From an uncultured Lactobacillus sp. (lineage in GTDB: Bacteria; Bacillota; Bacilli; Lactobacillales; Lactobacillaceae): a DNA stretch of 64,000 nucleotides. Both the position numbers and the translations under genes were made by a program. Positions within the stretch are counted from its first letter, which is position 1, and each line of letters opens with the position of its first letter. The stretch covers positions 5,858 to 69,857 of the forward strand of contig CAKNLX010000001.1 in NCBI GenBank assembly GCA_930989465.1, written 5' to 3'. This document shows positions 22,319 to 34,470 of the stretch, piece by piece. The notes below the pieces were generated by a model, which worked only from the letters and a program-made list of their open reading frames with translations, did not search any database and was not told where the DNA came from.

Positions 22319-22338
22319 TTACTCTGTCCTCTTTCTAT

Positions 22339-23136
22339 TTAAAACAAATCTTGGAATGGATTAGTTGAAACTTCTGAAAGCTCAACGCAAACATTCCAGT
22401 TATTCTCTTCGTTCCATTTCTTGAGACGATCGTATACCTTATATTTAAACAATTTTTCAGTATAATGACCAGGATCAACTACCGTTAAGCCAGATGAAAT
22501 CATATCATGACCTACATGGTAATAAACATCCCCAGTGATAAAGGCATCAAGATGATCATCTAAAGCCCTAGTCCAGTATTTACCGCCATCACCGCAAATA
22601 AAGCCAACAGTTGAAATCATCTTTTCATTATCCGCAGTAATCAGTCTAGCCATCTTAATGTTCATTTTATCTTTAACATAATAGGCAAAATCATAAGCTG
22701 ACATTGTTTTAGGCAACTTACCTTTACGTCCCATTGGAATGCCATCATCATCTAAACAAAATGGCTCTACATCTTTTAATCCTAATTCTTCAGCCTGCCA
22801 ATCGGCAGAACCATTTTGAGCTTTATCAGAATTGGTATGAATTGAATATACCGTAATTCCATTTTTGATAATCTCACCATACATTGCATTTTGCGCATTA
22901 GCAAAGTTCAAATTGCGAGCTGGTCTAAACATTACTGGGTGATGACTAACGATAAAATTAACACCTTTTTTGACAGCTTCTTCAACTACTTGCGGACGTA
23001 CATCTAAAGTAGTCATTACTTTAGTAACATCAGCATCCATTGAACCAATTTGCATGCCAACAGGATCGCCTTTAGAAGCAATGTCTTCTGGGAAATCTTG
23101 TCTCAAGCGTTCTACTATATCTTTAACTTTAGTCAT
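22339..23136 (-). CDS. Nif3-like dinuclear metal protein
   Basis: SHHPVMF, HTNSD, ITGDVYYH, DPGHYTE. Confidence 0.92.
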   Translation of the reverse strand: MTKVKDIVERLRQDFPEDIASKGDPVGMQIGSMDADVTKVMTTLDVRPQVVEEAVKKGVNFIVSHHPVMFRPARNLNFANAQNAMYGEIIKNGITVYSIHTNSDKAQNGSADWQAEELGLKDVEPFCLDDDGIPMGRKGKLPKTMSAYDFAYYVKDKMNIKMARLITADNEKMISTVGFICGDGGKYWTRALDDHLDAFITGDVYYHVGHDMISSGLTVVDPGHYTEKLFKYKVYDRLKKWNEENNWNVCVELSEVSTNPFQDLF

Positions 23137-23815
23137 CGCTTAATTCCTCCTTAATCAGTTGAATATTATGTTCAACTTCATTAATACGGTCTTCATCTTT
23201 CTCGCGTGCTTTATTCAAATTTTGCAGCAATTTTTCATAATATTGCAATTGCCCTTGCCACTTTTGATAAAAGACTGGATTTTTTTCACGCATGATAAAC
23301 GGGCCAAAGAAAATCTCTTTTTCAGTTAAATCATGCTTGTCTGAAGTTAATCTTGCCTTAATTAATTCATAAGTGTGGCCTGCTTCCGCAATTAACTTTT
23401 CAGCTACAATTTGATAATTATGCATCATTAACCAATTACGTACGCCTGCTTCACCGATATTAGGCTCAAGCACTAAATTCTTAAATTGAAAATCTTTACT
23501 CCAAGCTGTATCTAAGATATCTACCATTAATTTACCGCCCATACCAGCAATAACAACAGTATCTACTTGATCTTGATGAGTAATAGTCTCCAAGCCATTG
23601 CCTAAACGCGTTTCAATTTGGTTACTTAAACCTGCCTCTGCAATATCACTTTTAGCATTTTCAAGCGGACCTTCAGCTACATCACTTGCAATGGCAAATT
23701 TTATTTTTCCTGATTTAACTAATTCAATTGGCAAATAAGCATGGTCGGTTCCAATGTCTGCAACTTTGCTGTCAGGATCAACCATTTTTGCCAGCGTATT
23801 TAATCTTAAGTTCAT
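23129..23815 (-). CDS. trmK: tRNA (adenine22-N1)-methyltransferase
   Basis: ADIGTDHAYLP, RLGNGL, IAGMGG. Confidence 0.93.
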   Translation of the reverse strand: MNLRLNTLAKMVDPDSKVADIGTDHAYLPIELVKSGKIKFAIASDVAEGPLENAKSDIAEAGLSNQIETRLGNGLETITHQDQVDTVVIAGMGGKLMVDILDTAWSKDFQFKNLVLEPNIGEAGVRNWLMMHNYQIVAEKLIAEAGHTYELIKARLTSDKHDLTEKEIFFGPFIMREKNPVFYQKWQGQLQYYEKLLQNLNKAREKDEDRINEVEHNIQLIKEELSDD

Positions 23816-23917
23816 TTAATCCTCCATAAAGAGTATGTTTAATCAAATTTTAGCATATTTAGTAGTTGTTTTTAGTCATGTTTTGCTATAATCGTACAGA
23901 GAAAGTGGGTTTTTGCA

Positions 23918-24358
23918 TTGAAAAGAACTGAGACAGTAACTTTAACTAACATGTGTATGATCAAAAACAAAGATAAGATTTTGGTTTTAGATCGTAACGA
24001 TCCCGTTTGGCCAGGTCTTACCTTTCCAGGTGGTCATGTCGAACCACATGAGTCTTTTTGTGATTCAGTTATTCGAGAAATTAAAGAAGAGACAGGACTA
24101 ACAATTTCTCATCCACGACTTGTTGGAGTAAAACAGTTTTATGATCACAATCATGAGCGTTATTTAGTTTTCTTCTATACTGCCGATAAATTTACGGGGA
24201 CAGTCAAGGCATCAGATGAAGGAACTTTAACCTGGATGACTAAAGATGAGCTGCAGCAACATAAACTAGCTTATAATTTTGATCATGATTTACCAGTGTT
24301 CTTTGATCCCAATGTTAGTGAACATATGCTTGATGGAAAACGAGATGAACTTTTTTAG
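23918..24358 (+). CDS. NUDIX hydrolase (MutT-like)
   Basis: Nudix box GGHVEPHESFCDSVIREIKEETGL; extended -10 TGCTATAAT upstream. Confidence 0.9.
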   Translation: MKRTETVTLTNMCMIKNKDKILVLDRNDPVWPGLTFPGGHVEPHESFCDSVIREIKEETGLTISHPRLVGVKQFYDHNHERYLVFFYTADKFTGTVKASDEGTLTWMTKDELQQHKLAYNFDHDLPVFFDPNVSEHMLDGKRDELF

Positions 24359-25027
24359 ATGAAAAAAACAGAAAGCAAAGTATCGCTTTTTATTGCATTA
24401 ATTGCAATTATTATTTTTGCTTCGGTACCGCTTCGGCACTTTGATTTAAATGCCAATAGACCTCAGACTCAAGTCGTAAAAAAGAAAAAGCCTAAAAAGA
24501 AGAAAAAAGTAGTTCATAAGGTTACCTGGGGTTATCCTTTTAAACGCCTTTACGAAAAGAAAATAAAATTTAAATCAGGCCAAAAATTCGGTGAAACTGA
24601 CGTAATTAGACGTTACTACCCTACTAAGAGTTACTTCCACGATGGTTACGACTTCGGCTTCAGCGAAGTAGGACACTCCACTGTTTATGCTGTGCATGCT
24701 GGGACAGTTCATAAAGTTAAGTATGCTCCAGGCCTTGGCTTATATGTTTGGGTGATTTCTGATGATGGCTATGTAGAAATCTATCAAGAAGGTTTTCTCA
24801 GCATCACAGATATTTACGTAAAGAAGGGCCAAAAGATTAAGTTAGGCCAAAAGATCGGTCGCTTAACCGGTTCTCACATCCACTTAGGAATAACTAAGAC
24901 AGACAAGAAATACATTGATAAACATGGTGTACCATGTCGCTACTACTGGAAAGACAATGGTACTTGGCTCAACCCAATGAAGATCATTGAAGATGATATC
25001 GCTAAAGGAAAAGTCAGCAAACAATAA
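24359..25027 (+). CDS. M23 metallopeptidase, secreted or membrane-anchored (enterolysin-A-like catalytic domain)
   Basis: HDGYD (HxxxD) and HIH (HxH) zinc motifs; N-terminal hydrophobic segment and Lys-rich linker. Confidence 0.85.
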   Translation: MKKTESKVSLFIALIAIIIFASVPLRHFDLNANRPQTQVVKKKKPKKKKKVVHKVTWGYPFKRLYEKKIKFKSGQKFGETDVIRRYYPTKSYFHDGYDFGFSEVGHSTVYAVHAGTVHKVKYAPGLGLYVWVISDDGYVEIYQEGFLSITDIYVKKGQKIKLGQKIGRLTGSHIHLGITKTDKKYIDKHGVPCRYYWKDNGTWLNPMKIIEDDIAKGKVSKQ

Positions 25028-25035
25028 AGCAAATC

Positions 25036-25072
25036 AAAAAAAGACGTTAAGCAAATGCTTAACGTCTTTTTT
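25036..25072. terminator. bidirectional terminator
   Basis: AAAAAAAGACGTTAAGCA-AA-TGCTTAACGTCTTTTTT. Confidence 0.88.
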
Positions 25073-25086
25073 ATAGATCTAGATAA

Positions 25087-26199
25087 TTAATCCATAAAGT
25101 CACGCAATTGATTTGAACGACTTGGGTGACGAAGCTTTCTTAAAGCCTTAGCTTCAATCTGACGAATACGTTCACGAGTTACGCCAAATACCTTACCTAC
25201 TTCTTCCAAAGTACGAGTACGGCCATCATCAAGACCAAAACGCAAACGTAAAACATTTTCTTCACGGTCAGTCAAAGTTTCAAGTACTTGTTCAAGTTGT
25301 TCCTTAAGCATCTCATAAGAAGCATGTTGTTCTGGACTAGTTGCATCCTTATCCTCAATGAAGTCACCTAAGTGTGAATCATCCTCTTCACCAATAGGAG
25401 TTTCAAGAGAAACTGGCTCTTGTGCAATTTTAAGAATATCACGAACCTTATTGGTTGACATATTCATTTCAGCACCAATTTCTTCTGGAGTTGGTTCACG
25501 ACCTAAGTCTTGTAACAATTGACGTTGAATTCTAATCAACTTGTTGATCGTTTCAACCATGTGGACAGGAATTCTGATTGTACGAGCCTGATCTGCAATA
25601 GCACGAGTAATAGCTTGTCTAATCCACCAAGTAGCATAAGTAGAGAACTTAAATCCAAGACGATAATCAAACTTATCTACGGCTTTCATTAGCCCCATGT
25701 TACCTTCTTGAATCAAATCAAGAAATGACATTCCACGTCCCACATAACGCTTAGCAATAGAAACTACCAAACGAAGGTTAGCTTCAGCCAATTCTTGCTT
25801 TGCTTCTTCGTCCCCTTCTTCAATTCTTTTGGCAAGTGCAATTTCTTGATCAGCAGTAAGAAGAGGTACACGTCCAATTTCTTTCAGGTACATCCGCACT
25901 GGATCGTTCATTCGAACGCTGGATGGTGCAGACATATCTTTTAATTCAGCCTTTTCAACATCTTTTTGTTTCTTTAAGGCTAGTCGTGATGGATCCCCAT
26001 TCTCATCTACAATACTAATACCGTTATCTTCAAACTCTTGTACTAGTTGATCGACAGCCTTACCCTGCAAATTATATGGCTTAATCAGACGAGCAGTGAA
26101 ATCTTTTTCTGTGATTATCTTGTCTTTTTTAACGTCCTTAACGACTTTCTTAACCATCTTGTCTAAAGATAGTTTTTGTGTAGTTTCTTTTTCTGCCAC
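25087..26199 (-). CDS. rpoD: RNA polymerase primary sigma factor
   Basis: [32 protein letters not shown]; GTG start after GGAGG. Confidence 0.98.
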   Translation of the reverse strand: MAEKETTQKLSLDKMVKKVVKDVKKDKIITEKDFTARLIKPYNLQGKAVDQLVQEFEDNGISIVDENGDPSRLALKKQKDVEKAELKDMSAPSSVRMNDPVRMYLKEIGRVPLLTADQEIALAKRIEEGDEEAKQELAEANLRLVVSIAKRYVGRGMSFLDLIQEGNMGLMKAVDKFDYRLGFKFSTYATWWIRQAITRAIADQARTIRIPVHMVETINKLIRIQRQLLQDLGREPTPEEIGAEMNMSTNKVRDILKIAQEPVSLETPIGEEDDSHLGDFIEDKDATSPEQHASYEMLKEQLEQVLETLTDREENVLRLRFGLDDGRTRTLEEVGKVFGVTRERIRQIEAKALRKLRHPSRSNQLRDFMD

Positions 26200-26215
26200 T
26201 AAAAAGCCTCCTTAA

Positions 26216-28051
26216 TTAACCTAAGATTCTCTTCAACTCAATAATTTTTTGAGTAACTTCTATTGTTTTTTGAACATCTTCTCTGCGCTTAGCATCCTGC
26301 AATTGATTTTGAAGCTCATTCAGCTGGGAATAAATGCTGCGCTTTTGAAGTGCAAACACGTGCTCATTAATTTCTTGAATTGTAAAATCCTTCGGCATAT
26401 GTGCTAGTTCAGCATCTACTATTATACCTTGAAGTTGCTCAGGAATAAAATCTAAAAAACTATCAATTTGTGGATTCTCATGCGTTGCAGCAAATTTTAG
26501 CCATAACTGGGATAAAGTTTCATAATCTTGATCAGGAAAATGAAACTTACCTTCCTGTAAATACTGTTGAGCATTTGCCGAATGAATAAATAAATAAAGC
26601 AAACGTGACTGACTGGGATGTTTTTGCACTTCTGTTTGCTGAATCGGCAATGTGTCTACACTCGTAGCAGGATCACCAAGATTTAAATCATTTGGTTGTT
26701 GAGCATAATAATCACGATTACGAGTTCGAGTATGACTGCGAGCACGATTATTTTTCCGCCGCTCACGAGCTAAGTTAGCTTTTAAAGAATTAAGCGATAC
26801 ACCAGCTGATCTAGATAATTTTTCCAGATACATATCTTGTTCAACTGGGTTTTTAACCTGACTAATTTCTTTAACTGCTTCATTTAAATATGTAATTTTT
26901 TCGCGATCATTATCTAAATTGTATTTCTGAGCTAATCTCTTAAGAAAGAAATCTGTAGGAGTTAAAGCACCCTTTATTTCTCCTCGATACTTCTCAGCGC
27001 CATATTTTCTTACATATTCATCTGGATCAAGCTTCTCTGGCAGGACAACAATTCCTAAATTAAAATTGCCGTCTTTACTAAACATTCGTGCTGCACGTTC
27101 TTCAGCGTGAACCCCCGGATCATCACCATCATAATTGACAATAATATTTGGAGTTACACGACGCAACATGTAAACTTGATCATCAGTCAAACTAGTCCCC
27201 ATTGAAGCAACACCGGATTTGATTCCAGCTTTATAAGCAGCAATTACATCCATATACCCTTCATATAGAACTAGATGATCTTCACTACGAGCCGCTTTTT
27301 TGGCTTCCGCAAAATGAAATAAAACTTTAGACTTAGTAAAAACTTCAGTCTCCGGACTATTCATATACTTAGCTTCAGTTTTATCATTTGAAATTCGACG
27401 TCCAGAAAATCCAATGGAACGACCATTTTCATCTTCTAAAGGAAACATAAGGCGATCGCGGAAACGATCAAATAATCGACCGTCCTGAGTTTGTACAAAT
27501 AAACCACTTTGCGCTAATTCGTCATCCTTATACCCCTTACCTCTCAGATAAGTTATTAAAACATTATCTTCTTTAGGAGCATAGCCTATTTTAAAATGCT
27601 CAAGTGTATCAGAATCTAATTGACGTTTTTTTGCATATTGCATCCCCCGCTCACCAGCTTTGGTAGTTAACAACACACGATGATAAAAGTCTACCGCGTC
27701 CTTATTAATACGCATAATGGGACTTAATTTTGTTCCACCATTTGCATTATAATCAGCTGGCATTGCAATGTGAGCAAATTCAGCAACTCGTTGAACACTT
27801 TCAGGAAAAGTTAGATTGTCTTTATACATTAAAAACTTAAAGACATTGCCACCCTTACCGCAACCAAAACATTTAAAAAACTGTTTTTCCTCGTTCACCG
27901 TAAAAGATGGTGTTTTTTCCTGATGAAAAGGGCAAAGACCGATATAGTCTTTGCCTTTCTTTTCAAGTGAGACGTATTGGCTGATTACATCCACGATATT
28001 AACGTTACTGCGAACTTCCGCAATAAAATCTTCAGGAATTCGTCCAGCCAT
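26216..28051 (-). CDS. dnaG: DNA primase
   Basis: CPFH...CFGC zinc finger, KYMNSPET, EGYMD Toprim. Confidence 0.97.
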   Translation of the reverse strand: MAGRIPEDFIAEVRSNVNIVDVISQYVSLEKKGKDYIGLCPFHQEKTPSFTVNEEKQFFKCFGCGKGGNVFKFLMYKDNLTFPESVQRVAEFAHIAMPADYNANGGTKLSPIMRINKDAVDFYHRVLLTTKAGERGMQYAKKRQLDSDTLEHFKIGYAPKEDNVLITYLRGKGYKDDELAQSGLFVQTQDGRLFDRFRDRLMFPLEDENGRSIGFSGRRISNDKTEAKYMNSPETEVFTKSKVLFHFAEAKKAARSEDHLVLYEGYMDVIAAYKAGIKSGVASMGTSLTDDQVYMLRRVTPNIIVNYDGDDPGVHAEERAARMFSKDGNFNLGIVVLPEKLDPDEYVRKYGAEKYRGEIKGALTPTDFFLKRLAQKYNLDNDREKITYLNEAVKEISQVKNPVEQDMYLEKLSRSAGVSLNSLKANLARERRKNNRARSHTRTRNRDYYAQQPNDLNLGDPATSVDTLPIQQTEVQKHPSQSRLLYLFIHSANAQQYLQEGKFHFPDQDYETLSQLWLKFAATHENPQIDSFLDFIPEQLQGIIVDAELAHMPKDFTIQEINEHVFALQKRSIYSQLNELQNQLQDAKRREDVQKTIEVTQKIIELKRILG

Positions 28052-28073
28052 ATGAAACACCTTTTCTATCTAA

Positions 28074-30137
28074 TTATTTAATAACCAACTTACTCAAATC
28101 GCCTAAACGATCAGCTAATTCACTAATAGCAAACAATTGAGCTAAACGATTATTCTTAACTTTTTCATCTTTATCCATAATCATATTAGCTTCGAAGTAT
28201 TGATCAATTACTGGTTGTAAATGAACAAATCCTTGGTACAAATCAGCTAAGCTGTCAATATTTTGTAAGTTTTGAACACCAGCATAAAGTTCTTTTTCAC
28301 TATTATCAACAAATAAGCTTTCATCAACAGCAACCTTGCCAGTGAACTTAGCCTTCTTCAAAATGTTGTTAATTCTAGTCAAACTTTCTACCACTGGCTT
28401 AAATTCTTCATCATCATGGTGAAGTTGCAATACATTAGCAGCAGCTAAAATTTGACTTGGATCTTGTTGACTTGAAGCAAGAACAGCATCAACAATATCA
28501 TACTTAAATTTATTCTTCTGTAAGTATTGCTTTACACGATCACGAATAAAGTCGGCTATTTCTTGTTCAGCATCGCCCTTAGGAAGCTTAGCTGGAGTTA
28601 CACCACCAAGCATGTTAATGATTTCTGGTAATACTTCATTAAATGGAAGTGACCATTTTTCATTAAGCAAAATTCTAACAATACCATAAGCATAACGACG
28701 AAGTGCATATGGGTCATTAGATGATGTAGGAATCATACCTGCACCAAAGAAGGTAATGATAGTATCAATCTTATCTGCAACTGATAATAATGAACCTACT
28801 GTAGTTTCTGGAAGTGGACCTTCTGCTGTAGCTGGCATGTAGTGTTCTTTAATAGCAACTGAAACTTCTTCATCTTCGCCAGCAAGACGAGCATAATGCA
28901 TCCCCATTACACCTTGAAGTTCTGCAAATTCACCTACCATTTGAGTTACTAAGTCAAACTTGTAAAGTTCACTTGCACGATCAAAATCAGTAACTACATT
29001 TTCAGGTAAATTCCAACGCTTTGCAAGGTAATCACCAATCATGCGAACACGTTGCATCTTTTCAGCCATTGAACCAATCTTATCGTGGAATGAAACATTC
29101 TTAAGACGATCAACAAAGTGGCTGAGTGGATACTTACGGTCTTCATCATAGAAGAATTGAGCATCGTCTAGACGAGCAACCAATACCTTTTCGTTACCAG
29201 AAATAACGTTGTCAAGGTAATCCTTGTTACCGTTACGAACAGCGATAAAGTGGTTAATTAACTTGCCATTTTCATCGTAAACTTCGAAGTATCTTTGGTT
29301 ATCCTTCATTGAAGTAATTAAAACTTCATCAGGAATGTTTAAGTACTTTTCATCGAATGAACCAGCAAAAACAGTTGGATATTCAACTAAGTAGGTAACT
29401 TCTTCAAGAAGATCACGATCAGGTTTTACTTGCCAATGATTTTTCTTAACCAATTCATTCATTTGGTTAACGATCATATCTTTACGCTCTTCAGCGTTAG
29501 CAATTACGTATTGATCCTTCAATGCATCTTCATAGTCATCTGCATTAGCCAATACTACTGAATCACCTAAGAAACGGTGACCTTGAGTCTTACGGCCAGC
29601 AGTAATATCCAAGATCTTAACTGGAACTACGTCACTACCAAATAATGATACGAGCCAGTGAATTGGACGAACAAATTCAAAATCATTTGAATCCCAACGC
29701 ATCTTAGTTGGGAAAGTCATTGCCTTAATAATATCGCTCATGCCAAGCAAGATATCGCTAGCTTTTTTACCTTCTTTTTGTACGTGAACGTAAGCATATT
29801 CAGTACCCTTAAGTTCTTCGAAGTAAATATCATCAGTAGTCATACCTTGACCGCGAGCAAAACCTTGTGCAGCCTTGGTCCAATTACCATCAGCATCTTG
29901 GGCAATCTTCTTTGCAGGACCTTTTTTAATTTCATCGATATCATCTTGCTTTTCAGCTAAGTCTTCTACCAAAAGAGTTAAACGACGTGGAGTTGAAAAA
30001 GTCTTGATATCTTTGAATTTTAAGCCATTTTCTTTTAAAAACTTTCTTGTTCTGTCAGCTAATTGCTTAACGCTGCGTGGAACAACGTGAGCTGGCATTT
30101 CTTCAGTACCAATTTCAAATAAATAATCTTTAGCCAT
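28074..30137 (-). CDS. glyS: glycine-tRNA ligase beta subunit
   Basis: [29 protein letters not shown]. Confidence 0.97.
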   Translation of the reverse strand: MAKDYLFEIGTEEMPAHVVPRSVKQLADRTRKFLKENGLKFKDIKTFSTPRRLTLLVEDLAEKQDDIDEIKKGPAKKIAQDADGNWTKAAQGFARGQGMTTDDIYFEELKGTEYAYVHVQKEGKKASDILLGMSDIIKAMTFPTKMRWDSNDFEFVRPIHWLVSLFGSDVVPVKILDITAGRKTQGHRFLGDSVVLANADDYEDALKDQYVIANAEERKDMIVNQMNELVKKNHWQVKPDRDLLEEVTYLVEYPTVFAGSFDEKYLNIPDEVLITSMKDNQRYFEVYDENGKLINHFIAVRNGNKDYLDNVISGNEKVLVARLDDAQFFYDEDRKYPLSHFVDRLKNVSFHDKIGSMAEKMQRVRMIGDYLAKRWNLPENVVTDFDRASELYKFDLVTQMVGEFAELQGVMGMHYARLAGEDEEVSVAIKEHYMPATAEGPLPETTVGSLLSVADKIDTIITFFGAGMIPTSSNDPYALRRYAYGIVRILLNEKWSLPFNEVLPEIINMLGGVTPAKLPKGDAEQEIADFIRDRVKQYLQKNKFKYDIVDAVLASSQQDPSQILAAANVLQLHHDDEEFKPVVESLTRINNILKKAKFTGKVAVDESLFVDNSEKELYAGVQNLQNIDSLADLYQGFVHLQPVIDQYFEANMIMDKDEKVKNNRLAQLFAISELADRLGDLSKLVIK

Positions 30138-31047
30138 TTTCTACCCCCGCTTTCTTATCTTCTGCACTCTTAAGTAATGGGAAGCCGCGCTTTTCACGTT
30201 CTTCGACAAACTTAACAGCAACTTCGTGAGCCAAGTTTCTAATTCTTGATAAGTAACCAGCACGTTCAGTTACTGAAACAGCGCCACGAGCATCAAGCAA
30301 GTTGAAAGTATGTGAACACTTCAAGATATAGTCGTATGCTGGGTGTACAAGATTTTGACTAAGTAAACGCTTAGCAGTTGATTCATAAATATCGAAGAAT
30401 TTAAGAAGTTGTTCTTGATCTGATTCTTCAAAAGCATACTTAGAATGTTCATATTCGGGTTGCTTAAAGATATCGCGGTAAAGTACGCCGTCGCCCCATT
30501 CAAGGTCAAAGACATTGTTAACGTCTTGAATGTATGATGCAAGTCTTTCAACACCATAAGTAATTTCACTCATAGTTGGCTTAACATCTAATTCACCAAC
30601 AACTTGGAAGTAAGTAAATTGGCTAACTTCCATACCATCAAGCCATACTTCCCAACCAACACCGGCACAACCCATTGATGGATTAGCCCAGTTGTCTTCT
30701 ACGAAACGAATATCGTGTTCCAAAGGATCGATACCTAAAACCTTCAAACTGTCTAAGTAATATTGTTGAATATCCTTAGGAGCTGGCTTAATAACAACTT
30801 GGAATTGGTGGTGTTGGAATAACCGGTTAGGGTTTTCACCATAACGACCATCTGCAGGTCTTCTAGAAGGCTCTACATAACAAGCTGCCCATGGTTCTGG
30901 ACCAACTGCACGAAGAAAAGTGTAAGGACTCATAGTACCTGCACCCTTTTCAACGTCATATGAAGGCATAATCATACAACCTTTGGAGGACCAGAATTGT
31001 TCCAGCTTAAAGATCATATTTTGAATGTTTAATTTCTTATCTGCCAT
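30130..31047 (-). CDS. glyQ: glycine-tRNA ligase alpha subunit
   Basis: [29 protein letters not shown]; start MADKK at 31047. Confidence 0.97.
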   Translation of the reverse strand: MADKKLNIQNMIFKLEQFWSSKGCMIMPSYDVEKGAGTMSPYTFLRAVGPEPWAACYVEPSRRPADGRYGENPNRLFQHHQFQVVIKPAPKDIQQYYLDSLKVLGIDPLEHDIRFVEDNWANPSMGCAGVGWEVWLDGMEVSQFTYFQVVGELDVKPTMSEITYGVERLASYIQDVNNVFDLEWGDGVLYRDIFKQPEYEHSKYAFEESDQEQLLKFFDIYESTAKRLLSQNLVHPAYDYILKCSHTFNLLDARGAVSVTERAGYLSRIRNLAHEVAVKFVEEREKRGFPLLKSAEDKKAGVENG

Positions 31048-31077
31048 TTTCCTTAATTCTCCTCCTGCGCTAGGCCA

Positions 31078-31256
31078 TAAAAAAAGCCTATGCAAAATTT
31101 TGCATAGGGACGAAATATTATCGCGGTTCCACCCTAATTCAGGAAGTATTCTTCCTGCACTTAATTGAATATGACTAGAGGTGCCTTTTCCTAATGTGCC
31201 CTTCCACCTATCGACACTCGCTAAATTAGTACTTTTTTAAATCCTCATCATCGTCA
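31078..31256 (-). promoter_or_regulatory. T-box riboswitch (Gly)
   Basis: T-box AGGGTGGAACCGCG (31135-31122), terminator CCTATGCAAAATTTTGCATAGG-T-tract, Gly specifier GGC at 31185-31183, extended -10 TGTTAAAAT upstream. Confidence 0.92.
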
Positions 31257-31300
31257 AATACGTGTTTATTTTAACACATGAATTAGGTTAAAACCAGACT

Positions 31301-32056
31301 TTAAAACAGCTTTATTTCATCTAAAAATTTTTTAGTTTTCAGATTTAAATCGATTGTTTCTCTATAGATACGATCAATTGCTTTACGAGTTGCTTTTTTA
31401 GTCTCAGCATTTAATTCAATATTGCCCAACCGATTAATAGGTAAAAGTCCGATTGTGCGCAATACTGCAGTCTGCTTAGGCATTAAATGCAGCCGACTAT
31501 TTACTACTGCAAAATGATCACTGCAAATAATTCCGCCTAATTTAATCGAATAATCAAATGTACCTTTTTCCTTGCCACAAATAACGCAATGACGCAATTC
31601 GGGCTCAACTCCAAAAGCACTTAACATTTTCATCTGTACGATTTGCGTAATCATTTCATTATCTACACCAGCATCAATCTTCTTCAGGGCAAAAACCGCT
31701 AAGTCATAATATTTACCAAGAGGTTGATATTCGACAAAAGCGTGATCAATTAAGTCAAAAATAAAAGAAGTGTAAGCATTCTTCGTCAAGTCACGGTACA
31801 AACCGTCAAACTGCTTCACTTCTTTATATGTACGCAGATTGCTTAAACCATGACCGTTTGTATAAATGACATATGTACCCATTGAGAAATTCAATGTCGC
31901 TGCACTCAATTGTGATTTTGGTCTCAATGCCCCTTTCACAATCAATGTAATAATGCCATCTTCTTTAGTCATGATCTTAGCTAATAAGTCTGCTTCTTTA
32001 TATTTTTGCCTTTTAAAAATGATGCCCTGAACTTCTTTCAGTTCACGTGCCATCAA
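31301..32056 (-). CDS. recO: DNA repair protein RecO
   Basis: YKEADLL OB-fold start, CVICG zinc site; follows era. Confidence 0.92.
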   Translation of the reverse strand: MMARELKEVQGIIFKRQKYKEADLLAKIMTKEDGIITLIVKGALRPKSQLSAATLNFSMGTYVIYTNGHGLSNLRTYKEVKQFDGLYRDLTKNAYTSFIFDLIDHAFVEYQPLGKYYDLAVFALKKIDAGVDNEMITQIVQMKMLSAFGVEPELRHCVICGKEKGTFDYSIKLGGIICSDHFAVVNSRLHLMPKQTAVLRTIGLLPINRLGNIELNAETKKATRKAIDRIYRETIDLNLKTKKFLDEIKLF

Positions 32057-32958
32057 CTAAGCTCCTTCTTGTCGTAGCCAATAAGTTTCAAAAAGCTTGG
32101 ATCTGAACGCCAATTGTGTTGAACTTTAACCCAAAGGCGTAGATTTACTTTTTCACCAAGTAAATGCTCTATTTCTTTACGTGAATTAATACCGATCTGT
32201 TTGAGCATTTTACCACCTTTACCGATAATAATGCCTTTTTGACCGTCTTTCTCCACATAAATAGTAGCTTCTATTAGTAACTTGCCATTTTGATGCTTAT
32301 TCATTTGATCAACTGCAACTGCGGTAGCATGTGGCACTTCTTGGGAAGTTAGTCGCAGAATTTGTTCACGAATAAGTTCGGCTACCACAAAATATTCTGG
32401 GCGATCTGTGATCTGGTCAGCACCATAATATTGTGGGCCCTCTGGCAAATACTTATTAATTGTATTAAGTAAATCTTCAATACCAATACCCTGAGTAGCA
32501 GAAATTGGTAGTATTTCTTTAAAACCCTCAAGTTTATGATATGAATCCATAATTGGCAAAAGTTTATTAGGATGAATTTGATCAACCTTGTTAATTACCA
32601 AAAATACTGGTACCTTAACTTCTTTTAACAAGTTAGCAATATATTGATCACCTTTACCAATTTCCTCAGGTTCAACCATGAATAAGACTAAATCAACGTC
32701 ATTCAAACTAGATAAACTAGCCTTATCCATATAATCGTCAAGTTTCGAATGAGGTTTAAAGATACCTGGCGTGTCAACAAATACAACTTGCATTTTATTT
32801 GAAGTATAAATACCTGAGATACGATTACGCGTTGTTTGTGGCTTACTTGATGTGATTGCTACTTTTTGACCTACTAAATAGTTCATTAAAGTTGATTTAC
32901 CTACATTTGGTCGACCAACTAAAGCAACAAAGCCAGATTTAAATTGTTTTTCTTCCAT
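32053..32958 (-). CDS. era: GTPase Era
   Basis: [25 protein letters not shown]-domain IIGKGG. Confidence 0.97.
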   Translation of the reverse strand: MEEKQFKSGFVALVGRPNVGKSTLMNYLVGQKVAITSSKPQTTRNRISGIYTSNKMQVVFVDTPGIFKPHSKLDDYMDKASLSSLNDVDLVLFMVEPEEIGKGDQYIANLLKEVKVPVFLVINKVDQIHPNKLLPIMDSYHKLEGFKEILPISATQGIGIEDLLNTINKYLPEGPQYYGADQITDRPEYFVVAELIREQILRLTSQEVPHATAVAVDQMNKHQNGKLLIEATIYVEKDGQKGIIIGKGGKMLKQIGINSRKEIEHLLGEKVNLRLWVKVQHNWRSDPSFLKLIGYDKKELS

Positions 32959-33483
32959 CTATTTACCTCTGCCTTCATCTAATTGATCAGGATATAATGG
33001 CAACCCATATTCTTCCAATACCTTTCCTTGAATGCCAAACATTTCTTTGGCTTCATCAGGCTTGATATGATCATAGCCATTTAAATGTAAGAATCCATGA
33101 ACTACTGTATAGCCAAATTCTCGATCAAATCCTGTACCATATTCCTTACTATGACGCTTTATCACGCTAGGACACATAAACAAGTCCCCAATATCTTCTT
33201 GAAAATCTGGATCATCTTCAAAAGCTGATAAATCAATTGCATCCTCACCATCTTCTATTGCAAAAGAAATAACATCAGTTGGACGATCTTTATCGCGATA
33301 TTTCAAATTAATCTCATGACTACGGTCTTCATCGACAAAGTTAATACTCATTTCTAAGTTATTATCTTTGCCAATTTCCTTTTTAGCTAAAAGCAATAAC
33401 TTCATAATCCAGTCTTGCCAGTCGCGATTCTTATCGTCTAAAAATCCGACTTCATCATGATAAGTAACATCAATTGGATCCAT
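32959..33483 (-). CDS. ybeY: rRNA maturation RNase YbeY
   Basis: PTDVISF, HGFLHLNGYDH. Confidence 0.95.
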   Translation of the reverse strand: MDPIDVTYHDEVGFLDDKNRDWQDWIMKLLLLAKKEIGKDNNLEMSINFVDEDRSHEINLKYRDKDRPTDVISFAIEDGEDAIDLSAFEDDPDFQEDIGDLFMCPSVIKRHSKEYGTGFDREFGYTVVHGFLHLNGYDHIKPDEAKEMFGIQGKVLEEYGLPLYPDQLDEGRGK

Positions 33484-33485
33484 TT

Positions 33486-34445
33486 TTAATTTTTAATGTC
33501 CTCTTTTTCATAAGCAGTAATAATTTTGGCAACTACAGGATGTCGAACGACATCATTTGCAGAGAAGTTGATGAACTTAATTTGGTCGATATTCTTTAAA
33601 ATATGCTTAGCATCGATCAAACCGCTATGCTGTCGTCCCGGCAAATCGACTTGAGTCATATCTCCATTTACGACCATCTTAGAGTTGAATCCAAGACGTG
33701 TTAAGAACATCTTCATCTGTGCATCTGTAGTATTTTGGGCTTCATCAAGAATTACAAAGGCATCATCAAGAGTACGTCCACGCATGTAAGCAAGTGGGGC
33801 AACTTCAATTACACCACGTTCCATCAAGCGGTCAGTCGTATTAGTACCAAGAATAGCGTACAAAGAATCGTAAATTGGTCTTAAGTAAGGATCAACTTTT
33901 TCTTTTAGATCTCCTGGCAAAAAGCCTAATGACTCGCCAGCTTCTACAGCCGGTCTAGTCAAAATTATGCGGGAAACTTCACCCTTTTTAAAGGCAGCGA
34001 TTGCACAGACAACAGCCAAAAAAGTTTTACCTGTTCCGGCTGGTCCTATTCCAAAAACAACATCAGATTTATCAATGGCTTCAACATAACGCTTTTGACC
34101 CATATTTTTGACTCTAATCGGTCTACCTTTAGCATCCCGAATTAAAACCTTTTTATACAGATCTGCAAAGTACTCAGTTGTACCCTTATCCGCCATCTTC
34201 ATCGCACTCACAGTGTCGGGCGCACCAACGTTAACGCCGGTATTCACAACATTGTCTAACGCTTTTAAAACAGCAATAGCCTTTTTAATATTTGCCTCAT
34301 CATCTCCAACAATTACAATCTCATTGCCAGTATCCGAAATAGACAAATCATAACCCTCTGAAAGAAGCTTTAGATTTCCATCATTAACTCCAACTAATTT
34401 TTGAATGTCTTCTACCTTTTGAGGTATAAAAGTTGTTTGAGCCAA
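33486..34445 (-). CDS. phoH: PhoH-family ATPase
   Basis: GPAGTGKT, RPAVEAGE, YMRGRTL, DEAQN. Confidence 0.93.
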   Translation of the reverse strand: MAQTTFIPQKVEDIQKLVGVNDGNLKLLSEGYDLSISDTGNEIVIVGDDEANIKKAIAVLKALDNVVNTGVNVGAPDTVSAMKMADKGTTEYFADLYKKVLIRDAKGRPIRVKNMGQKRYVEAIDKSDVVFGIGPAGTGKTFLAVVCAIAAFKKGEVSRIILTRPAVEAGESLGFLPGDLKEKVDPYLRPIYDSLYAILGTNTTDRLMERGVIEVAPLAYMRGRTLDDAFVILDEAQNTTDAQMKMFLTRLGFNSKMVVNGDMTQVDLPGRQHSGLIDAKHILKNIDQIKFINFSANDVVRHPVVAKIITAYEKEDIKN

Positions 34446-34470
34446 AAAGACCCGCTCCTTCTTGTTACTA

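Noticed and set aside
32053-33483. dgkA and cdd absent between ybeY and era
   Set aside because: Ordinary gene-order reduction; no scar visible.
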